Positions 27,923 to 33,281 of a stretch of DNA of 33,281 nucleotides are shown piece after piece. Each line of letters starts with the position of its first letter. Position 1 is the stretch's first letter. The DNA is from Terrimicrobiaceae bacterium. GTDB taxonomy: Bacteria > Verrucomicrobiota > Verrucomicrobiia > Chthoniobacterales > Terrimicrobiaceae. Both the position numbers and the translations under genes were made by a program. The stretch is from contig JBGSVZ010000111.1 of assembly GCA_041752695.1 (NCBI GenBank), positions 1 to 33,281 of the forward strand, read 5' to 3'. The notes beneath the pieces are model-generated. The model was not told the DNA's origin and did not search any database. It saw only the letters and a program-made list of their open reading frames with translations.

Positions 27923-29010
27923 CGGGATGCTTCAATCCTGATTTGAACCGTCACCCAACCGTCGTCATGAGAAACACAGAAACTATGGGAATCTGGATAA
28001 AACAATCTCATCCGCTCTTTCAGGTTCTCCAAGCCGACACCTCCCAATGTATCGACGAGTTTCGGTTCAATCCATGTCCCGGTGTTTGCCACTTCGATTT
28101 GCACCCCCTTGGATTCAAGGCTTGTAACAATCAATCGCACCTTCAATGGATGGGGCGAGGTCTTTCGGCCATACTTGATGGCGTTTTCGACAAGCGGCTG
28201 CATAATGATTCCCGGAACCATCTCTTCGCTGATGGTTTCATCAATCCGGCATTCGATTTCTAGTTCTTCGCGGAACCTCGCTTTCTCGACTTCAAGGTAA
28301 CTCCGAATGGCATCAAACTCAGCTCTCACAGGCACACGATCCTTTGTTCGGTTTTCCAATGAGTACCGGAAGTATCGCGCCAACGACCACACAAGCTCTT
28401 GGAGGTGTCGCTTTGGCTTTCCTAAATCCGCCAAGATAGTGTTAAGTGCGTTGAAAAGAAAATGCGGGTTCATTTGTGCTCTTAGCATTTGCAATTCGGC
28501 TCCTCGCTTTTCGGACTCGATTAGAGCCAGTCGCAAATCGCGTTCGCTGGCATCACGCATCTGACGAACGCCGAAGTAAAGAAGGCTCCAGCAAGCAAAG
28601 AGACCCGTACGGAAGTAAAATATGGCGAGATAAATCGACTGGTCGAAAATGGTCTTTTCCTCAAAGGGGAAAAGGTCCCCAAGGAAAAAATGGAAAGGCA
28701 ATTGCAATAATCCGGCTGCCACAGAGACGATGCCGACGGTAGCCGCAATCCTGCCAGGTTTGTTGTGTTTTAGATCGATCCTCCCGTAAATCTCCCGCAT
28801 TCCAAGCGTGATGGCGAAGCTGAATCCATTGCGCACGACTAATGAACACAACGCTGCGCCCACGGCGCCGGAGAGCACTAAATTCACAGGGAATACAAGA
28901 ATGCCGAACGCCACCCAGCCGGTCAGCTGAAACCGCCAAAAAAGCGGAACCCTGGCCCAAAAGCCGGCAAGTTTCAGAGGGGGCTGGGCGCTGGGCGTTG
29001 ACGGCTTCAT
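27919..29010 (-). CDS. LytS-type membrane sensor histidine kinase
   Basis: Several N-terminal TM segments, RAQMNPHFLFNALN H-box, QPLVENAIKYG N-box and GVGLENL G2 box. Confidence 0.93.
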   Translation of the reverse strand: MKPSTPSAQPPLKLAGFWARVPLFWRFQLTGWVAFGILVFPVNLVLSGAVGAALCSLVVRNGFSFAITLGMREIYGRIDLKHNKPGRIAATVGIVSVAAGLLQLPFHFFLGDLFPFEEKTIFDQSIYLAIFYFRTGLFACWSLLYFGVRQMRDASERDLRLALIESEKRGAELQMLRAQMNPHFLFNALNTILADLGKPKRHLQELVWSLARYFRYSLENRTKDRVPVRAEFDAIRSYLEVEKARFREELEIECRIDETISEEMVPGIIMQPLVENAIKYGRKTSPHPLKVRLIVTSLESKGVQIEVANTGTWIEPKLVDTLGGVGLENLKERMRLFYPDSHSFCVSHDDGWVTVQIRIEASR

Positions 29011-29015
29011 TTTGG

Positions 29016-29318
29016 TCAGCCTGCGCCTTCACCTCGCCACCAAGGGGATCCCGACCAATCAAGCGGCGATCCGTCGCAGCCTTCCGTCCCGCATTCTATC
29101 TCGTCTCCATCCGGGAAATCGGAATTCCGGTAAATTCGAACGGAACGCCCAGAAAACTCTTGGTCGCAGTGCAAGCAGAATTTGGTGCTCTCAAGGCTCT
29201 TACAGCCATTACCTGCGGTGATAACGTGATGATTCAAGATCTTTAGCCGCTCGGCGTCAGATAGATCGATGATAGGTTCCGGGGGGCGGTTCCGTCGGCT
29301 CACTTTTTCTGTATGCAT
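29016..29318 (-). CDS. Small Cys-rich putative zinc-binding protein
   Basis: CLHC...CGTEGCDGSPLDW. Ends 5 bp before the kinase ATG. Confidence 0.6.
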   Translation of the reverse strand: MHTEKVSRRNRPPEPIIDLSDAERLKILNHHVITAGNGCKSLESTKFCLHCDQEFSGRSVRIYRNSDFPDGDEIECGTEGCDGSPLDWSGSPWWRGEGAG

Positions 29319-29394
29319 CGCCACAGCTCTGTGCGCAAGCGAGAACCCGGAATTCCGAAAAAACTCCCTCCCATTTCATCCAGACGGTCGGGTA

Positions 29395-29800
29395 GGCGAG
29401 CACGACTCCCTGACAGGCACAAAGCGAATCGACTGCCTGACGTGGAGCGTGCCCGCCGGGGTAGCGATTATTCCCCGCTCGGCCACGATGCGGCGGGCGG
29501 GGGCGGTCGAAAACACGACCGTGCTTCGCGGCATGTTTTGCGGCCTGGCACTCGCCCTGCCCCCCGCTTCGGGGGAGGCGTTACATCACATAACTCGATG
29601 TGATGTATCACGGCCGGAGCGCAGCGCAGGGCACCGCCCCTGCCGGAGGCCTCCGCTTGCGGAGAGCGGCAGGATAAAGGCGGCCCTGTGCCTCGCATCT
29701 GTTATGTGATGTCATCGCCGCGCAGGGCGCGTGACAGGCCGCAGTCGTGAACGCTCTTTCCGAGCAAGCGCGAGGGTGATGGTTTCGGCAACACTCGCCG
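29395..29800 (+). other. Large branched stem-loop cluster (candidate ssDNA promoter / single-strand origin)
   Basis: 29539-29560 pairs with 29722-29743 (20/22). ACATCACATAAC pairs with GTTATGTGATGT. Further hairpins at about 29395-29457 and 29473-29502. Confidence 0.65.
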
Positions 29801-30326
29801 AGTCCCCGAGGGTCGGGTTTGGTGGAAGTTGCACCGTCAAATATGTAAATTATAGGACCGACCCCATCCGCTTTCCCTGGGTTGCGCAGCTACCCAGGGG
29901 TTTCGAAAAAAATGGCAACTTGTCCTGAAGGGGCTGCATCCAAAACCACCCTGTATCTTAGTGCCATTCCACACTGACCCCCAGTTTCCCCAGCGTGTCA
30001 CGTAAAGAAAAACGTCAATAAACCATGCCTGCCCCCTCACCCCCCCTTCGCCGCTTTGTCATGGATGAGGACATGATGACCGCCGCCGAAGCGAAGGGGT
30101 TTCGCAACGATCTCGACCGGCCCTTGCCGATCTCATTAGCCAGTTGCCGCCCGCCGTTCTCGATGCCGTTTTTCCGCCTCCTCCGGAGCCGGTCACGATG
30201 GCAGCCTCGATTCCCGATTCCACCAGGGGCGATGACGATGGAGGCATGGGCGGCGGCATTTCCATGGCCCCACCTCGTCGCAAGCGCCGCGACGATGAGC
30301 CGCGCATGCAGATTCAATTCACATGC

Positions 30327-30908
30327 TCAGGCGGCAGCAGCAGCCGCTAGATTTGACCAAATACCGTAAAGTTCGCGCAGGCTTTTGCCGCTTTTTGATT
30401 TGCTGACCAGCCCGTAAGCCAGAGTCACCATCATGCGAACTGGATTGAACGGCGCGACTCCAAAGCTGATTAAAACGGGTTGTCCGTAATCCACGAACTT
30501 CTTGTTGCCAAGCGGCTGCGACCATTCGAGCGAGGGACGATTTTTCAAAAAAACCTGGCTCACATACATTCCAATATCCATCGCCAGCGAGAAGGTTTTG
30601 TTGGTCAGGTCTTCTCCAGGGATGTTGATGGGGAACTTTGATCGCCCCTGGATTTCATCGATTTCCTCTTGGGTTCTGGGTCGAGCTTCGACTTGTTCCA
30701 GGAACCATTCGCCGAGCGTTTCGAGGGATTCCGGCGAGTAATCCGGCTCCCATTTTTCATAGCCAGACGTCGATTTAACCGCTGTGATCAAAACCTGGAT
30801 TCGCTCAGGCATTACCTTGTGGAACCACTCGTTGTAGCCCGTGAGTTCCTTCTTGGGCATCTCCCGGAACTTGAGCGTAAAAGGCGGCTGGATAGTCGGA
30901 TAGCTCAT
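30327..30908 (-). CDS. Putative immunity protein to the REase-like orphan toxin
   Basis: TGATG-coupled to the orphan toxin stop. DYSPESL..LGEWF segment. Confidence 0.7.
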   Translation of the reverse strand: MSYPTIQPPFTLKFREMPKKELTGYNEWFHKVMPERIQVLITAVKSTSGYEKWEPDYSPESLETLGEWFLEQVEARPRTQEEIDEIQGRSKFPINIPGEDLTNKTFSLAMDIGMYVSQVFLKNRPSLEWSQPLGNKKFVDYGQPVLISFGVAPFNPVRMMVTLAYGLVSKSKSGKSLRELYGIWSNLAAAAAA

Positions 30909-31255
30909 CAGTAGTGCAGCACGAACGGAATATTGTTCTGGTTCAAAAGATCGCCCAGCGGCCCTGATGGGCCGATCTCGCCGGTAACCGGGCTTCGGTA
31001 AAAATTCCAGATCGCTCCCTGGACCTGTTGAGTCTGCATCAACTCAACGTCCTTCATCACCTGAGTGCGCATCGAAGATGAGAGCGTCTGATAGCCAACC
31101 TTGGATTCGTTCGCTATGCCGCCAACAAGCTGATCGACGTAACGCCCGCCTAGGCTTGTCTGGAAAAAGACCTGCGATTCACCGCCAAGCTGCTGTAACG
31201 CCCTTTCGCCAATTTGTCCCGTGACTCCGATCTGGCTGGTTGTCGTCTTTGCAGC
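30908..31255 (-). pseudogene. Orphan toxin C-terminus with PD-(D/E)xK nuclease-like motif, no start codon
   Basis: Manual translation gives AAKTTTSQIGVTGQIGE...GGRYVDQLVGGIANESKVGY...KD...WNFYRSPVTG...FVLHY* (115 aa). Absent from the ORF track. Confidence 0.8.
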
Positions 31256-31257
31256 AT

Positions 31258-31527
31258 TTAATCGGCATCGCGGGCCTCAATAGGCAGGTTTTCTCCTTTC
31301 GCAATTTTTTCTACATCTTCCAACGTCAACTGAAACCAAAACTCTCGGCGCTGCTCGTCGTAGTAGCTGAAACAGAAAGCCGACTCCGTAGCATCATATC
31401 CTCCGACGAAGTTCTCCTCTTGAAACATGTCGTCTGATTCGATTAAGGCCCATTGCTCGTCGGTCTTTCCTTCCGAAACAATTTCGGCGGCTATTTTTTT
31501 AAGCTGATCTAAATTTTGAATTCTCAT
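31258..31527 (-). CDS. Putative immunity protein to the DUF2380-like toxin
   Basis: Acidic 89-aa ORF, ATGA-coupled to the toxin. Confidence 0.7.
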   Translation of the reverse strand: MRIQNLDQLKKIAAEIVSEGKTDEQWALIESDDMFQEENFVGGYDATESAFCFSYYDEQRREFWFQLTLEDVEKIAKGENLPIEARDAD

Positions 31528-31940
31528 TTGTATGGCCCGATTGGCAGGTGGTTGATTCCGTAATCATCCATCAATTTTCCGCCGAACTGATAGACCTGTT
31601 CAGTGCTCGCATTGGGATTTGCATCTATCCACTGCTTCCAGCGTGTTGTCCAGTTGTTGCCCCCTCGATGAATAAAGTTTTGGTGCATATTCTCAGTCAG
31701 CCTGACGGTGTATTTGTCAACCTCGACACCATGTGTCTTGAAGAAATCCCGGTATACCTGTGATCCGGGACTGCTACCTCGGAACTTGTTGAATATGTGA
31801 TGCTGAATGAACTTCGGTTCGGGAAGCGCAAGCATTGTTGGCTTTGCGGCAAGAGTGCAGCGCCGAAAATTGCTGTTTTCCCCTATCGCCGGGCCGCTCA
31901 AAAAAAGCAGTGCCAGCAGACCAAAAAGGATGTGAGGCAT
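31524..31940 (-). CDS. Orphan toxin with His-rich nuclease-like (DUF2380/AHH-like) domain behind a signal-peptide-like leader
   Basis: QHHIF...VDKYT..L...MH...IH..G..W...W..WIDANPNAS...YG...LPI..Y pattern. Confidence 0.7.
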   Translation of the reverse strand: MPHILFGLLALLFLSGPAIGENSNFRRCTLAAKPTMLALPEPKFIQHHIFNKFRGSSPGSQVYRDFFKTHGVEVDKYTVRLTENMHQNFIHRGGNNWTTRWKQWIDANPNASTEQVYQFGGKLMDDYGINHLPIGPYK

Positions 31941-31954
31941 TTAACTCATAGGGG

Positions 31955-32221
31955 TTATCTTCCGAAGGCTCTATCTACGAAGGCAATGACTTGGGCTGCT
32001 TTATTCTGCCCGTCAGCGCCAATGAGAGATTCCACCTTGCCACGATTTTCAATCAGCGTTTTTCGAATGGCACCGAGTATTTCCAGACCAGAGCTTCCCA
32101 AATAGAGAGCATCGTCCAGCTCAGTGGCAAAGTTGGTGTCCCCTTGCTTTTCAGCTTCAGCTTTGAGTTGCGCGATAAAGGCGTAAACCTCGTCGGCAGT
32201 CGTAATCGTAGGAGCAGTCAT
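31955..32221 (-). CDS. Putative cognate immunity protein of the RHS toxin
   Basis: 88-aa helical ORF starting 3 bp after the RHS stop. GSSGLEILGAIR segment. Confidence 0.72.
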   Translation of the reverse strand: MTAPTITTADEVYAFIAQLKAEAEKQGDTNFATELDDALYLGSSGLEILGAIRKTLIENRGKVESLIGADGQNKAAQVIAFVDRAFGR

Positions 32222-32224
32222 AAA

Positions 32225-33281
32225 TCAATCTGGCATGTAAAAGGAGTCGATTCTGAACGAACCCGGGGTGGTTACACCTTCCAGAGCCCCACCGGGATTC
32301 GGCGGCACCGGAGGAGCGGGTCTAGTGATGAGAGGCGCCCCAGGTTGAACTCTACCCGTCAAAATAAAATCGAAGTTTGCGTTTTGCGGAGGGATTCCAT
32401 ACCTCGCGGCATATCCCGGATTAAGCGGGCTTTCAGCAGCCAAAAATTGGGATGCTCCCGTTTCGCTGCGACCAAGGAATCCACCTTTGTAAACTGTCCC
32501 ACCATTCTGCATTTGTCGAAGGAGCGCTTGTGCTTCCGCCGTCGTAGATTGGAGTGCCGGTCCATAAGGCGTAGTTATTCCCTTTGCGGCATTGAGGGAG
32601 AATGACATTTCCCCGGCAATAACTAGCGATTTCGAAGTTAGCATTAACTCAGGGGCAAGGACGATCGACAAATCGCGAACTGCATTCGGATCGAGGCGAA
32701 CAGATGAAGCCGCGGAAGTCATCACTAGTTCAACAGCCTGGGCCGTTCCAACAGTAAGATTGAAGAGCGGCTCAGCAATGAGGAAGTTAAAGTCTCCGAC
32801 TGGCGCGGTGAAAACATACCCTAAATCGTAGAGAAATTTACTACTCGCTTCTGAAGGAGTATAGCTATTATAACCGTAGTGGCCGTCACCTGAGTTCCAT
32901 CCGCCCGCGACCCCCTTCCCCAACCTTCCATCCGCATCAAACTGGTTTACGGGATCGCCATTGGCAAAGTCGTACAGGCTTTGCGACGCCGAATGTCCCA
33001 GCGGATCGGTGGCAAGGAATCGCGCCGATACCGGATCGTAGGGCCGTGCTCCCATATTTATGTATCCAGTTGGATCAAGGCGCCTTGTGCGCCACGCACT
33101 GGCCTCGATGATCGAAGCTCCTTTCTCCAGCAATTGCGGAGGCGCGTTGGGCAGGGTTCCATAGCTGCCCACTTTGGCCGGATTCCACCTAAGACTTTGA
33201 TCTGTCGGGATCGAGCCTACGACATTCCCGAAGAAATCGCCCAGTGCCCCCGTCGTCCCGTCCGGCGTTATCACGGCCTCA
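32225..33281 (-). CDS. RHS repeat protein, C-terminal part (core end plus toxin tip), 5'-partial
   Basis: GARPYDPVSARFLATDPLG...LYDFANGDPVNQFDADGR RHS core terminus. Frame is open to the window edge. Confidence 0.92.
   Translation of the reverse strand, partial: EAVITPDGTTGALGDFFGNVVGSIPTDQSLRWNPAKVGSYGTLPNAPPQLLEKGASIIEASAWRTRRLDPTGYINMGARPYDPVSARFLATDPLGHSASQSLYDFANGDPVNQFDADGRLGKGVAGGWNSGDGHYGYNSYTPSEASSKFLYDLGYVFTAPVGDFNFLIAEPLFNLTVGTAQAVELVMTSAASSVRLDPNAVRDLSIVLAPELMLTSKSLVIAGEMSFSLNAAKGITTPYGPALQSTTAEAQALLRQMQNGGTVYKGGFLGRSETGASQFLAAESPLNPGYAARYGIPPQNANFDFILTGRVQPGAPLITRPAPPVPPNPGGALEGVTTPGSFRIDSFYMPD

Larger units (their letters stand above)
6905..29820. mobile_element. Integrative conjugative element backbone (true ends not resolved; flanking sugar and RHS genes may be cargo)
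   Basis: Coupling protein, relaxase, oriT candidate, tyrosine integrase, excisionase, tRNA-derived att core and VirB-type operon occur together. Confidence 0.88.

Noticed and set aside
30015..30369. Overlapping ORFs on both strands between the folded region and the last immunity gene
   Set aside because: Low complexity, no recognisable family, and no way to choose a frame.

Overview
The window is mostly an integrative conjugative element (ICE), probably from a Verrucomicrobiota-type host (inferred from the integrase style and hypothetical-protein types). Bases 1-6859 hold a + strand carbohydrate/amino-sugar cluster: beta-helix enzyme, CBM9-like protein, phosphodiester glycosidase, truncated NagD, Mpv17/PMP22-like membrane protein, PfkB kinase, PIG-L deacetylase and nagB. 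Bases 6905-15124 (- strand) are the DNA-processing module: single-domain ClpB-like AAA+, coupling protein, MOBP-like relaxase, RHH accessory protein, candidate oriT, DUF3560 protein and Toprim protein. An array of about 8 covarying hairpins lies between the oriT and the DUF3560 gene. A tRNA-His 3'-end att core at 15297-15319 has element genes on both sides, as in attP or a tandem junction. It is followed by a tyrosine integrase, an excisionase and a VirB2-VirB10 mating-pair operon with no VirB11 visible. That operon is headed by an XRE regulator, with AlgR-like LytTR boxes upstream and a LytS/LytTR two-component pair next to them. A second large folded-DNA region sits at about 29.4-29.8 kb. 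The window ends in an RHS polymorphic toxin locus with two orphan toxin-immunity cassettes that share a GCYGCAAAG (AAK) junction. All calls come from reading motifs by eye; no searches were run.
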